NCBI GenBank assembly: GCA_013203315.1
Contig: JABMQJ010000002.1
Span: 1-45,831, forward strand
Source: Candidatus Omnitrophota bacterium
GTDB taxonomy: Bacteria > Omnitrophota > Gorgyraeia > JABMRN01 > RBG-13-46-9
Length of the DNA stretch: 45,831 bases
Direction: 5' to 3'
In this document: positions 1-9,800 of the stretch, one piece after another
Layout: every line of letters begins with the position of its first letter
Numbering within the stretch: position 1 is the stretch's first letter
Notes under the pieces: model-generated
Databases searched by the model: none
The model's input: only the letters and a program-made list of their open reading frames with translations
What the model was told of the DNA's origin: nothing
Made by a program: the position numbers and the translations under genes

Positions 1-1
1 A

Positions 2-77
2 TGGTACCCGCACTAGGAATCGAACCTAGAACCTTGACATTAAGAGTGTCCTGCTCTACCAATTGAGCTATGCGGGC
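2..77 (-). tRNA. tRNA-Lys(CTT), CCA encoded
   Basis: Reverse complement GCCCGCATAGCTCAATTGGTAGAGCAGGACA-CTCTTAA-TGTCAAGG...GGTTCGATTCC...GCGGGTACCA folds as a cloverleaf; anticodon CTT. Confidence 0.95.
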
Positions 78-193
78 ATATATCAAGACTAATATTATAT
101 CAAAATATTAGGCATTGTAAACGAAATATTGCCTTTTTTCCCTTCATGTAATGGGAAAAAGATCTTAAGAAAAAACCGTAGGTTTTGTCTTAA

Positions 194-300
194 ATCCAGA
201 ATACTTTATCTTACTCCCCCTTCCCATCAGGAAAGAGGTACAGGAAATGGCATGAAATGCCATTTCCGTCATAGGGGAAAACCTGGGTTTTCCCCTTGAA
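194..300 (-). repeat. tRNA-trailer structured repeat, copy 1 (homologous to 27466-27575)
   Basis: Shares the blocks GTTTTCCCC(C)TATGACG, CTGTACC..TTTCC..ATGGGAAG and ATAAAGTATTCT with 27466-27575, in the same orientation relative to the upstream tRNA. Confidence 0.8.
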
Positions 301-301
301 T

Positions 302-387
302 AAATTCGGTCGCAAGACCTTTTGCCGAAGGCAAAAGGACGAGGACAAAAAAGCAAATACCGCACTTTTTTGCCCGAGGCCGAATTT
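302..387. repeat. Multi-branched palindromic cluster immediately 3' of tRNA-Leu
   Basis: AAATTCGG...CCGAATTT encloses GGTC-GCAA-GACC, CCTTTTGC-CGAAG-GCAAAAGG and GGACAAAAAAG...CTTTTTTGCCC hairpins. Confidence 0.65.
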
Positions 388-396
388 GTATAAGAG

Positions 397-478
397 TGCG
401 GATGGAGGGAGTTGAACCCCCATGAGTTTCCCCACATGGTCCTAAGCCATGCGCGTCTGCCAGTTCCGCCACATCCGC
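397..478 (-). tRNA. tRNA-Leu(TAG), CCA not encoded
   Basis: GCGGATGTGGCGGAACTGGCAGACGCG-CATGG-CTTAGGA-CCATG, long variable arm, GGTTCAACTCC...CATCCGCA. Confidence 0.95.
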
Positions 479-587
479 AAATGCTTGGCGTTGCATTATA
501 GTCGAAACTCAAAATTATTATAAGAACGGATCAACGTGTAACGCAAGTTCGCATCGAGAACTTGTTTTCGGGCATAACCTTAGAATA

Positions 588-615
588 ATTGTAACCTTAT
601 TTTCCGAAATGTCAA
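588..615 (-). promoter_or_regulatory. sigma70-type promoter for tRNA-Leu
   Basis: TTGACA-16 nt-TACAAT on the minus strand. Confidence 0.55.
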
Positions 616-661
616 TAATTTCCCCCCGCACCGTGGGTTAATGTCAATTCAAGGTATCGGT

Positions 662-2398
662 TTATTTCTTTCGATAATCGTAAATCCTTGTATCTTTTTT
701 TGTTCCCCGAAATTCTTTGAACGTGCCGGTTCTGTCTTCCAATATTTTCTGCCATTGCCTGTCTGATACGTTTACTCTTGCAATCCGTGAAACATTTGAA
801 AAAAAGATTTCCTTATCGTAGTAATAATTCGTGTTCATATTCTCCGGATCAAGAAGATATACCGTATCATTTGTGTGCCATTGCACTTCCTGAAGTAATG
901 GCACAGGGGCTACAATTCCATCGATACTATTCCTTCTAATTAGACCGGTTAAGTTAACCGATGCATCAGAAAAGCGCGTAATACGGGTATTACCGATTAC
1001 GGTCAGTGCGCTGTAAAGTATATAGCCTAAGATAATAGCAGTCATAAAAGGTTTTATCTTGAAGGTATCTAATCTATTAACACACTCAAGAAATGCGCAA
1101 TAAAAACCAAACGCGAACGGAAGAAAATACCGGAATACTTCATCGTTGCACAAATGCCAGCTCGGCAACAAAACGGCAATAATCAATACAAAAGGGCCAT
1201 ATATCAATGATCGTTCATCGGGCTTCCGTCGTAGGGCGAGGTGAGTGTAAACCTTTGTCACCATGTAGATAAATACGGGTATAAACAAAAATAATGTCCA
1301 TAGAGACCGGCTAGTTATCGCAACCTTTTCAACGTTTCCCCCGACCATATCGCTGTACTTTCCCTGGATAAATCGCGGGAATGTTAATTCGGAAAATATT
1401 TTAATACTATCAGGCCACATATGATAATGTTTTAGAGAATAACTACTGCCCCGATACTGTATGTCAGAAACATAGCGGGGCTCCTGGTGTAACTTATAAT
1501 AAAAGGATGGTAGAATAGTTGAAATTATTAAAAATGTGAGAAAAAGCAAAGCGGCAATGCGTTGTTTATTTTTAAAAGAAAAAAATCGCCAAAACCGTAC
1601 CGCAAATACAATTAAAAGAAGAACGGCAAAAAACATGCAAATAGGTTCGAACATTTTTACCGAATACGCGTTTCTTCTTGTAAAATATCTGTAAAGAGCA
1701 AGGAATAGCAAGGGAAAACTTGCCAGCAGAGGTTTCATTGCTTGCTTCAACTTAAAGCACCCTCGTTCCAGCCCTTCTGTCTTTTCAATTGAACAAGCTA
1801 AAAGCCATAGTACTGATATAACGATTTGAATGAATAGTAAACTACAGACATAAATTGAAAATCCGCATAATATTCCAAAAAAAATCCACTTTAAAACTGA
1901 AGCGTGCTTTTTCAATGATAATGTATACCATAAAATAAGTGCGACCAGCAACACAATGAAGCTATAATCCGGAGTATATAACCGATAAAGTATGGCTGAA
2001 TTAACGAAACAAAGTAACAGGGCAGTCCCTACGGCGATAATTCTCGGAAATATTCTCAACAAAATAAAATAATATAATATCGTCGAAAGGCTGTAGAAAA
2101 ATATCTTGGGAAGATACAAAGCGGATGTCGAAGGGCCGGATATCGCAAAGAGAAAAGCAGACACGGCTTCCTCGATGGGTGCCATATATGTTTGTCCGAC
2201 AAGAAATATAAAAAATCGCCCACTGCGCACAATCTCAAAAACAGTTCGTGCGGATAGATAGCCATCGAAACCCAAAGGCGTTTCGCATTGCATAAGAGAC
2301 GGAATGCGCCAGATAAAAGCAGCAAAAAACAAAAAAAACGCAAATAATATGTCGCTGCGAACAATGCGTTTTCCTGGCAGTATCAATTCGGGGGACAT
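662..2398 (-). CDS. Polytopic membrane protein, probable GT-C (ArnT/PMT-like) glycosyltransferase
   Basis: 578 aa with many hydrophobic segments; acidic loop (GFDG..., GQTYMAPIEE) after the first TM helix; late RYFLP motif typical of GT-C proteins. Confidence 0.55.
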   Translation of the reverse strand: MSPELILPGKRIVRSDILFAFFLFFAAFIWRIPSLMQCETPLGFDGYLSARTVFEIVRSGRFFIFLVGQTYMAPIEEAVSAFLFAISGPSTSALYLPKIFFYSLSTILYYFILLRIFPRIIAVGTALLLCFVNSAILYRLYTPDYSFIVLLVALILWYTLSLKKHASVLKWIFFGILCGFSIYVCSLLFIQIVISVLWLLACSIEKTEGLERGCFKLKQAMKPLLASFPLLFLALYRYFTRRNAYSVKMFEPICMFFAVLLLIVFAVRFWRFFSFKNKQRIAALLFLTFLIISTILPSFYYKLHQEPRYVSDIQYRGSSYSLKHYHMWPDSIKIFSELTFPRFIQGKYSDMVGGNVEKVAITSRSLWTLFLFIPVFIYMVTKVYTHLALRRKPDERSLIYGPFVLIIAVLLPSWHLCNDEVFRYFLPFAFGFYCAFLECVNRLDTFKIKPFMTAIILGYILYSALTVIGNTRITRFSDASVNLTGLIRRNSIDGIVAPVPLLQEVQWHTNDTVYLLDPENMNTNYYYDKEIFFSNVSRIARVNVSDRQWQKILEDRTGTFKEFRGTKKDTRIYDYRKK

Positions 2399-2481
2399 AA
2401 TGCTTAATTACCTTTTTCTCTTAAGTATTTTAATTTCATCAGTATCCGGTTGGATTCTTAGGAAGACTTTTCCGATGAAAT

Positions 2482-2558
2482 TGGCGCGCCCGGGAGGGAT
2501 CGAACCTCCAACCTACTGGTTCGAAGCCAGCCACTCTATCCAGTTGAGCTACGGGCGC
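2482..2558 (-). tRNA. tRNA-Arg(TCG), CCA encoded
   Basis: GCGCCCGTAGCTCAACTGGATAGAGTG-GCTGG-CTTCGAA-CCAGT-AGGTTGGAGGTTCGATCCCTCCCGGGCGCGCCA. Confidence 0.95.
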
Positions 2559-2574
2559 GTATATAGTTAGATCG

Positions 2575-2760
2575 CTAAAACTTAATAAAGAAATCAACGA
2601 ACGGGTTATTGGTTTCTTTTTGTGTTTTTTTAAAGTGATAGCTCATCGAAGCGAGCGTCACGCCTACCATTATAAGAAAGGCCGCTACAATTATTGATAA
2701 AAGTTTCGGAAAAGCGGCGATAAGAATGCCGACTACGATGAATATTATACCGATTGCCAT
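2575..2760 (-). CDS. Small two-TM membrane protein (DUF3096-like)
   Basis: 61 aa, GILIAAFPKLLSIIVAAFLI pattern; GGAGG RBS upstream; starts 2 nt after the mnmA stop. Confidence 0.65.
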   Translation of the reverse strand: MAIGIIFIVVGILIAAFPKLLSIIVAAFLIMVGVTLASMSYHFKKTQKETNNPFVDFFIKF

Positions 2761-2762
2761 TA

Positions 2763-3848
2763 TTATTCCTCCCCTGCCTGCCGGCAGGCAGGCTGTATAG
2801 CCTTTTCGATGACACCGCCGCCCAGAACAACGTCTTTATCGTAAAATACGACTGACTGGCCCGGCGTTACCGCTTCCTGCGGTTCTTTGAAAATCACTTT
2901 TATTTTTTCTTTGTCCCGAAAAATTGTACATTTTGCCTCTTTTTGATTATACCTTATTTTAGCAAAAACTTTTTTGGGTAAATCCCCGACAAGCAGATTT
3001 AATTCGGTAGCCAGAAGGCCCTTTGAATTTAAATCCTTTTTCTCGCCGACAACCAGGCGATTCTTTTGGGCATCTATCGAAAGTACGTAAAGAGGGTGCC
3101 TGTAACCCACGCCCAGCCCTCCCCTTTGCCCGATAGTGTAGAAGGTTGTGCCCTTATGCGTTCCGAGAACTTCGCCTTTTAAAGTTAGAATTTCTCCCTG
3201 GCTTATTTCTTTCTCCAGCCGCGCGGAGAGAAATCGGTGATAGTTTTTTTCCGGAATGAAGCATATATCCTGGCTCTGGGGTTTTTCTGCGACGGGAAGG
3301 CCTATGTCTCTGGCAATTTTGCGGACCTTGATTTTCGTAAGTCCGCCCAACGGAAAAAGTATTGATTTCAACGCATCTTTTTTTATAGGGTAAAGAAAAT
3401 ACGACTGGTCTTTTTTTATGTCCTTTGCTTTTTTTAAGACGTGGCTTTTTCCCTTTTTTTCGATTCTGGCATAATGTCCCGTAGCCAGAAAATCGAAACC
3501 CAGAGAAAGAGCTTTTTTAAGGAGAATTTCAAATTTTAAAGTTCGATTGCAGTCAACGCAAGGGTTTGGGGTTTTACCGTTTAAGTATTCTTTTACAAAT
3601 TTATCAACAACATTCTTTTCCAGATCCTTTGAAAAATCCATTACGTAATGCGGGATTTTTAATTTGCGGCATACTCTTTTGGCATCTTCTATTGCCTGGG
3701 GGCCGCAACACGCAGGCTTCTGGCGGCTGGTTTCCTTGATACCGAGGCACATAGTCGCGCCTGTTACCTTAAGCCCAGCCTCTTTAAGCAGATACGCCGA
3801 GACAGACGAATCCACCCCACCTGACATCGCAACCAATATCTTCTTCAT
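2763..3848 (-). CDS. mnmA: tRNA-specific 2-thiouridylase MnmA
   Basis: AMSGGVDSS, TPNPCVDCN, ATGHYA, KDQSYFL, SQDICF, YTIGQR and TPGQSVVFY motifs. Confidence 0.97.
   Translation of the reverse strand: MKKILVAMSGGVDSSVSAYLLKEAGLKVTGATMCLGIKETSRQKPACCGPQAIEDAKRVCRKLKIPHYVMDFSKDLEKNVVDKFVKEYLNGKTPNPCVDCNRTLKFEILLKKALSLGFDFLATGHYARIEKKGKSHVLKKAKDIKKDQSYFLYPIKKDALKSILFPLGGLTKIKVRKIARDIGLPVAEKPQSQDICFIPEKNYHRFLSARLEKEISQGEILTLKGEVLGTHKGTTFYTIGQRGGLGVGYRHPLYVLSIDAQKNRLVVGEKKDLNSKGLLATELNLLVGDLPKKVFAKIRYNQKEAKCTIFRDKEKIKVIFKEPQEAVTPGQSVVFYDKDVVLGGGVIEKAIQPACRQAGEE
2773..2792. repeat. Perfect 20-bp palindrome CCTGCCTGCCGGCAGGCAGG inside the mnmA 3' end
   Basis: Self-complementary and GC-rich; encodes the PACRQAG tail. 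Confidence 0.8.
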
Positions 3849-3857
3849 AGCTTTATC

Positions 3858-3886
3858 ATTCTAACAAGGGAGTTGAGTATGGTCAA
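3858..3886 (-). promoter_or_regulatory. mnmA promoter (near-leaderless)
   Basis: TTGACC-17 nt-TAGAAT, ending 9 nt before the ATG; no SD. Confidence 0.6.
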
Positions 3887-3893
3887 GGATAAT

Positions 3894-4026
3894 TGTACCG
3901 TTTGCGATTTTCCTTTTAATCTGTCCCTGATTCTGAACGTAAAGGTGTCCCTTCTTTGTATTTCTAGAGGGACATCTTTAATTTCAGAATCAGGGACAGG
4001 TTGCATTGAAAATCGCAAACGGTACA
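3894..4026. repeat. 133-bp inverted repeat (MITE/REPIN-like)
   Basis: Arms: perfect 19 bp TGTACCGTTTGCGATTTTC, perfect 17 bp CTGTCCCTGATTCTGAA, and 12/13 TAAAGGTGTCCCT around a 15-nt loop. Confidence 0.85.
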
Positions 4027-4043
4027 CTCTTAGGTAAAGAATT

Positions 4044-5147
4044 TTAGGCGAGGGAGACGTCTTTTAACGTGCCCAAAAATGCATCCAGCACGTCCGGGTC
4101 GAATTGTTTACCCCTGTTGATTTTAAGTTCCTCGATGGCCTTTTCAGCGCTCATCCTTGACCTGTATGCCCTATCGGATGTCATGGCGTCAAAAGCATCT
4201 GTGCATCCGATGATACGGGCCAAAAGCGGTATTTCTTCTCCCCTCAAACCGTCGGGATAACCGCCTCCGTCATACCTTTCGTGGTGATGTTTTATGGCAG
4301 GGATCCCGCTTTCAAGAAATTTCAGATTCGAGAGTATTTCTACGGCTTTGGCGGGATGTATTTCTATCTCCGCCCTTTCTGTTTCGGTAAGGCGGCCGGG
4401 TTTATTCAATATAAGATCGGATATGGCAATTTTGCCGATGTCATGCAACCTTCCGCAATAGGTAAGCATTATTCTATCCTCTTTCGAAAGGCCGAGCACG
4501 CCTGCTATCGCCAGGGCATAGTCTGTAACCTTTTCCGAATGCCCGCGGGTGTACGCATCCCGCGCCTCGACGGCGGAAACAAGGGATTTTATCGTATTCA
4601 TGTATGAGTTAAAAATTTTCTTATGCACCCTGACGTTGTCTATTAATATGGCTATGTGATTGGCGAAATTCATAAGAATTGTTGAATCGCTCTTTTTGAA
4701 TTTTCCCACTTTCCTGCCGTAAACTGTCAGCGTTCCCATTGTCTCTTTTTTTAAAAGGATAGGAACGCAAATTAAGGAACGGATTTTTTCTTTTTTGATG
4801 TCTTTTTTAAATTTTATGTCGCGCCTGGTTGCGGTATCTTTTATAACAATGGGTTTTTTTATGGCAGCGACTTTACCCGCAATGCCATCTCCGATTGCCA
4901 CAATTGTCTTTTTTGTGTAGTCTTTGCTTAAACCCTTACTTACTCTGGTTGTTAAAATTCTTTTATGGCTATCAATCAGCCTAAGATTGCATATTTTTGC
5001 GTTTAATAAAATCGGCGCGATTTTGACGGATTGCTTAAGGATTTTATCAAAGGAAAGTTCGTGTGTGTTCGTGAACTGTTTATCTAATTCGGATATAAAA
5101 TCGAAATATGAGTTGTTCTTATGCACGGTGTTTATTTTTTTTGACAT
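4044..5147 (-). CDS. GAF + HD-GYP cyclic-dinucleotide phosphodiesterase
   Basis: N-terminal GAF domain (GDGIAGKVA, SLICVPI); DAYTRGHS, LHDIGK, HHERYDGGGYP and DAFDAMTSDRAYR motifs intact. Confidence 0.9.
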   Translation of the reverse strand: MSKKINTVHKNNSYFDFISELDKQFTNTHELSFDKILKQSVKIAPILLNAKICNLRLIDSHKRILTTRVSKGLSKDYTKKTIVAIGDGIAGKVAAIKKPIVIKDTATRRDIKFKKDIKKEKIRSLICVPILLKKETMGTLTVYGRKVGKFKKSDSTILMNFANHIAILIDNVRVHKKIFNSYMNTIKSLVSAVEARDAYTRGHSEKVTDYALAIAGVLGLSKEDRIMLTYCGRLHDIGKIAISDLILNKPGRLTETERAEIEIHPAKAVEILSNLKFLESGIPAIKHHHERYDGGGYPDGLRGEEIPLLARIIGCTDAFDAMTSDRAYRSRMSAEKAIEELKINRGKQFDPDVLDAFLGTLKDVSLA

Positions 5148-5179
5148 TTCTATTCTTTCTTATGGTAAAAAAAGCGGGG

Positions 5180-5268
5180 AAAAAAATAAAACATCCACTT
5201 TCGCGTCTGTTTTACTATATTCGGAATGTATTTATTACTATTATACGCTATAAATCGATCGCCGTCAA
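5180..5268 (-). promoter_or_regulatory. Promoter plus terminator-like leader hairpin for the HD-GYP gene
   Basis: TTGACG-17-TATAAT (5268-5240), then TAAAACA-GA-CGC-GAAA-GTG-GA-TGTTTTA followed by T7. Confidence 0.55.
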
Positions 5269-5329
5269 GACGGTTTGGCGGGTATTACACTTATTTTACA
5301 TATACTATAGATTTGTCTAGCCTATAGTA

Positions 5330-6847
5330 CTACGCCACGAAAAGGCTTTTCGATGAAAAATTCGGTTCGCAGGTAAGATTAACCCCCAGGCTTCGCAGGC
5401 CTACCTCATCTCCCGGGGTTGGGATATGTGTCATGTGGACTTCGCATTCTTTAAGTTCTTTTAGCTTTTGCATGGCTAATTTGGCCGTAGGGTTAGTAGC
5501 TGCGCTTATGCTTAAACTTATTAAGGTTTCGTCCAGATTAAGGCTAAGACTCTTCGCGCCCAAAACATCTTCTTTTAAGTTCGCTATCGACCCGATAGTG
5601 TTGGGCGATAAAAGGTGTCTTTTATCAGGTATTTCGGCTAGAACCTTAATGGCATTAAGGATAAGGCTCGAGGCAGTGTGCATCAAAGGTGAATTCTTGC
5701 CGGTAATAATTCTCCCGTCTCGTAGTTCTATGGCTCCGCCGCAAAAAATTCCCTTGTTACCTTTTTTCTTTTTCTTGGCTTCCTCGGAAGCTTTCCTGGC
5801 GGGCTTTACCACGATTCTATCTTCCGGCTTAAGATTGAGTTCTTTTAAAAGCGATTCAATCCTCTCCACTGTTCCCCGGTCAACAAAACCCAGCACGTGT
5901 TCACAAGCATACCTGAAATATCTTCTTATGATTTCCTGTTTTGCGGCCTCTTGCACTGCTTTGTCTTTTACAATCCCGAAACCGGCGCAGTTTACGCCCA
6001 TATCCGTAGGAGATTTATAGACTTCTTTGGCGCCCATTATTTTTTTCAGAATCTTTTTTAGTACCGGGAAGACCTCTACGTCGCGGTTGTAGTTAATAGC
6101 TGTTTTCTTATGGGCCTCCAGATGAAAGGGGTCGATCAGATTGAAATCCCTGAGATCCGCAGTAGCTGCTTCATAAGCTACGTTTACAGGATGTTTTAAT
6201 GGTATATTCCATATGGGGAAAGTTTCAAACTTGGCATATCCTGAATTTACGCCTCTTTTGTGATCGTGATAAAGTTGTGAAAGGCAAGTCGCCAGCTTTC
6301 CGCTTCCGGGACCGGGCGCTGTAACTACAACCAAAGGCTTATTAGTTTTAATATACGGATTAGCGCCATAGCCTTCTTCGCTTACTATCGTATCCACATC
6401 CTTAGGATAACCTTTCGTAAACTTATGGGTATATACCTTTACGCCGCGTTTTTCTAATTTATTTTTGAATATCTTCGCTGCCGGTTGGTTGTCGAATCTT
6501 GTTATCACGACAGCCAAAACATCAATGCCCCAATCCCGCAAATCGTCAATTAACTTCAGCGCATCGACGTCATAGGTAATGCCAAAGTCAGCCCTTACCT
6601 TTCTTCTTTCAATGTCGCCGGCGTAGATACAGAGTATGATATCCGCGTTATCCTTTAGTTTTTTAAGTAATCTCATTTTTACGCAAGGGTCAAATCCCGG
6701 CAAAACCCTTGAGGCGTGCATGTCATAAATAATTTTACCGCCAAACTCTAGGTAAAGTTTATTATCGAATTTTTTTACTCTCTCTAATATAGCCTTGGTT
6801 TGCTCTTTCAGGTATTTTTCATTATCAAAACCTTTTCTTTGCGGCAT
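5330..6847 (-). CDS. DUF1846/UPF0371 family P-loop protein
   Basis: GFDNEKYL, LYLEFGGK, TAPGPGSGKLATCLSQLYH, YAKFETFPIWN, YEAATADL and SPTDMGVN signatures. Confidence 0.85.
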   Translation of the reverse strand: MPQRKGFDNEKYLKEQTKAILERVKKFDNKLYLEFGGKIIYDMHASRVLPGFDPCVKMRLLKKLKDNADIILCIYAGDIERRKVRADFGITYDVDALKLIDDLRDWGIDVLAVVITRFDNQPAAKIFKNKLEKRGVKVYTHKFTKGYPKDVDTIVSEEGYGANPYIKTNKPLVVVTAPGPGSGKLATCLSQLYHDHKRGVNSGYAKFETFPIWNIPLKHPVNVAYEAATADLRDFNLIDPFHLEAHKKTAINYNRDVEVFPVLKKILKKIMGAKEVYKSPTDMGVNCAGFGIVKDKAVQEAAKQEIIRRYFRYACEHVLGFVDRGTVERIESLLKELNLKPEDRIVVKPARKASEEAKKKKKGNKGIFCGGAIELRDGRIITGKNSPLMHTASSLILNAIKVLAEIPDKRHLLSPNTIGSIANLKEDVLGAKSLSLNLDETLISLSISAATNPTAKLAMQKLKELKECEVHMTHIPTPGDEVGLRSLGVNLTCEPNFSSKSLFVA

Positions 6848-6874
6848 GATATCGCTCCTTAACCAATTACTCAG

Positions 6875-9800
6875 CTATTGTAGTATTTTTTCCTCTTTTT
6901 TTTTACTCGCTGTAAGATCTTTGTGGTAATCCTGTAAAGACTTCGGTAAAGCCTTTGACTTAAGCATGCTCTCTATCCCTTCTATGCTGGCCTCCGCAGC
7001 TGTAAGTGAAGTGATGTAAGGAATTTTGTGTTTTATCGCGCTCATGCGGATGTAGCTGTCGTCGTGTTTTCCGCTGTGTCCGATGGGTGTATTGATAATA
7101 AGATTTATTTCTTTGTTTTTGATTGCATCGGAAATATTGGGCCTGCCTTCGTGCAGTTTTTTTACGACGCTACTGTCTATCCCCTTTTCCTTTAAGAAGC
7201 GCGCTGTGCCCTCTGTGGCATAAAAATTAAATCCGAGCTTTTTTAGCTTTTTTGCGATGGACAGGAGAAATTTCTTATCCTTATCGGCTACCGTAAGTAA
7301 AGCATTTCCTTTTAAGGGAAGCCTGATCCCGGCAGCTTCCTGGGCTTTATAAAAAGCTTCTCCGAATGTATTCGCGATTCCCATGACCTCGCCTGTAGCC
7401 CTCATTTCAGGGCCGAGTAGCGGATCTACTTCCGGAAACATATTAAACGGGAATACAGCTTCTTTCACTCCGACATAAGGGATTTTTTGCGTTTTTAATT
7501 CCGGGAAGCTTGAAAGCTTTTTACCCAGCATTACCTGCGTTGCAATCCTGGCTATGGGTATATCCATGATCTTAGAAACAATCGGAACAGTTCGAGAAGC
7601 GCGCGGATTGGCTTCAAGAATATACACCTTATCATCGCAAATAGCGTATTGTATATTCGTAAGGCCTACGACCTTCAATTCTTTTGCGATTTGCGCGGAA
7701 TATTCTTTAATAGTTTCAAGGTGTTCTTTTTTTATGGTTCGGCTGGGAATTACGCAAGCCGAATCTCCCGAATGCACGCCGGCCAGCTCTATGTGTTCCA
7801 TTATAGCTGCCACAAAGGTGTCTTTTCCGTCGGAAACAGCATCCACCTCAACTTCAACGGCTTCTTCGAGAAATCTGTCAATTAACATCGGGTGTTCCGG
7901 GCTAACGTCTATTGCCCCAAGCGCATAGTTACGTAACATCGTTTCATCATATACAACTTCCATGCCACGGCCGCCTAAAACATATGAAGGTCGCACCATG
8001 AGCGGATATCCTATTTTTTCGGCGATCTTTAGCGCTTCTTCGAGTGAGCGTGCCGTGCCGCTTTCCGGTTGAGGTATGCTAAGTTTAATCATTTTTTCTC
8101 TGAAACGCTCTCTGTCCTCGGCAAGGTCTATACTCTCGGGGCTTGTTCCTAAAATCTTGACACCGTTATCTTTAAGTTCTTGGGCGAGATTGAGCGGTGT
8201 CTGCCCGCCGAACTGAACTATAGCGCCGATAGGTTTTTCTTTTTCGTAAATTGTTAATACGTCTTCAACCGTGAGTGGTTCAAAATAAAGCTTGTTCGAC
8301 GTGTCGTAATCGGTTGAAACGGTCTCGGGATTGCAGTTAACCATTATTGATTCATATCCTTCGTCTCTTAGCGCAAATGCAGCGTGAACGCACGTGTAAT
8401 CAAATTCTATGCCCTGGCCTATGCGGTTTGGCCCTCCGCCGAGTATTAATATTTTTTTATTCGGCGATACGGGGACCTTATCTTCTCCGATATAAGTCGA
8501 ATAATAATATGCTGCATTTTCGACTCCGCTTACCGGAACCGCATCGTAGCGGCCGTGTTTTCCTATCGCAATTCTTTTTTCTCTTACGTCCTTTTCTTTA
8601 ACACCGAAAAGCCCCGCAAGATAACGATCCGAGAAACCCCATTCTTTGGCTTTCGCTAATCTTTCGTCGGGAAATTTCTTCCATGAAAACTTAAGGATCT
8701 CTTCCTCGTATTCGACAAGTTCCTTTATTTCATTGATAAACCAAGTTCCGATATGCGTAACTTTATAAAGCTCATCTATCGTCATCCCTTTTCTAAGCGC
8801 TTCGTACATCAAAAATATGCGTTCGCTGGAAGGGGCCGCGAGTTTTTGCCTTAGCGCATCAAGCGTAAGGGTTTTAAAATTTTTCGCCCCACCTACGCCG
8901 TATCTTTTTATCTCAAGCGAGCGTATGGCTTTCTGGAAGGCTTCCTTAAATGTCTTTCCTATGCTCATGACCTCGCCCACGGCTCTCATTTGGGTTCCAA
9001 GGACATCTTTGGAGCCTGGAAATTTCTCAAAGGCCCATCTGGCAAATTTAATTACAACATAGTCGCCCCATGGTTCATATTTTTCCAAGGTGCCTTTTCT
9101 CCAGTAAGGAATCTCATCCATGGTTAAACCCGCTGCAAGCTTCGTGGAAATACGCGCGATCGGAAATCCCGTAGCCTTTGAGGCAAGCGCCGAAGAACGC
9201 GATGTCCTGGGATTAATTTCTATGACTACGATCCTGTCGTCTTTTACATTGTGCGCAAATTGAATATTGGTCCCCCCTACAACGCCGATGGCATCTACAA
9301 TCTTATAGGAAATATCCTGCATGCGCTTCTGCAAGGGTTTCGGAACCGTAAGCATGGGCGCGCAACAGAAACTGTCGCCTGTGTGAACGCCCATTGCATC
9401 AATGTTTTCTATAAAACAAACCGTTATTTTCTGATTTTTATTGTCTCTTACAACTTCAAGTTCCAGCTCTTCCCATCCTATAACCGCCTCTTCTACTAAA
9501 ACCTGATGTACGATACTTGCAGCAAGGCCGCGGCTCACGATCGTCCTAAGTTCGTCGATATTGTAAGCGATTCCGCCGCCTGTCCCACCCATTGTATAAG
9601 CCGGCCTTAAGACAACAGGATACCCAAGGTTTTCTACAATTTTTTCGGCTTCTTCCACGGAATGACATGGTTCTGACTTAGGCATGGAAACACCGAGCTT
9701 ATTCATTGTTGCCTTAAAAGCAATTCTGTCTTCTCCGCGCTCGATAGCATCAGCTTTAACGCCTATGATTTCTACGTTGTATTTTTTTAGAATTCCGGAT

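Noticed and set aside
165-512. Three overlapping minus-strand ORFs
   Set aside because: They run through tRNA-Leu and palindromic repeats and have no protein motifs.
3845-4027. 60-aa ORF
   Set aside because: Coincides with the 133-bp inverted repeat and the mnmA promoter.
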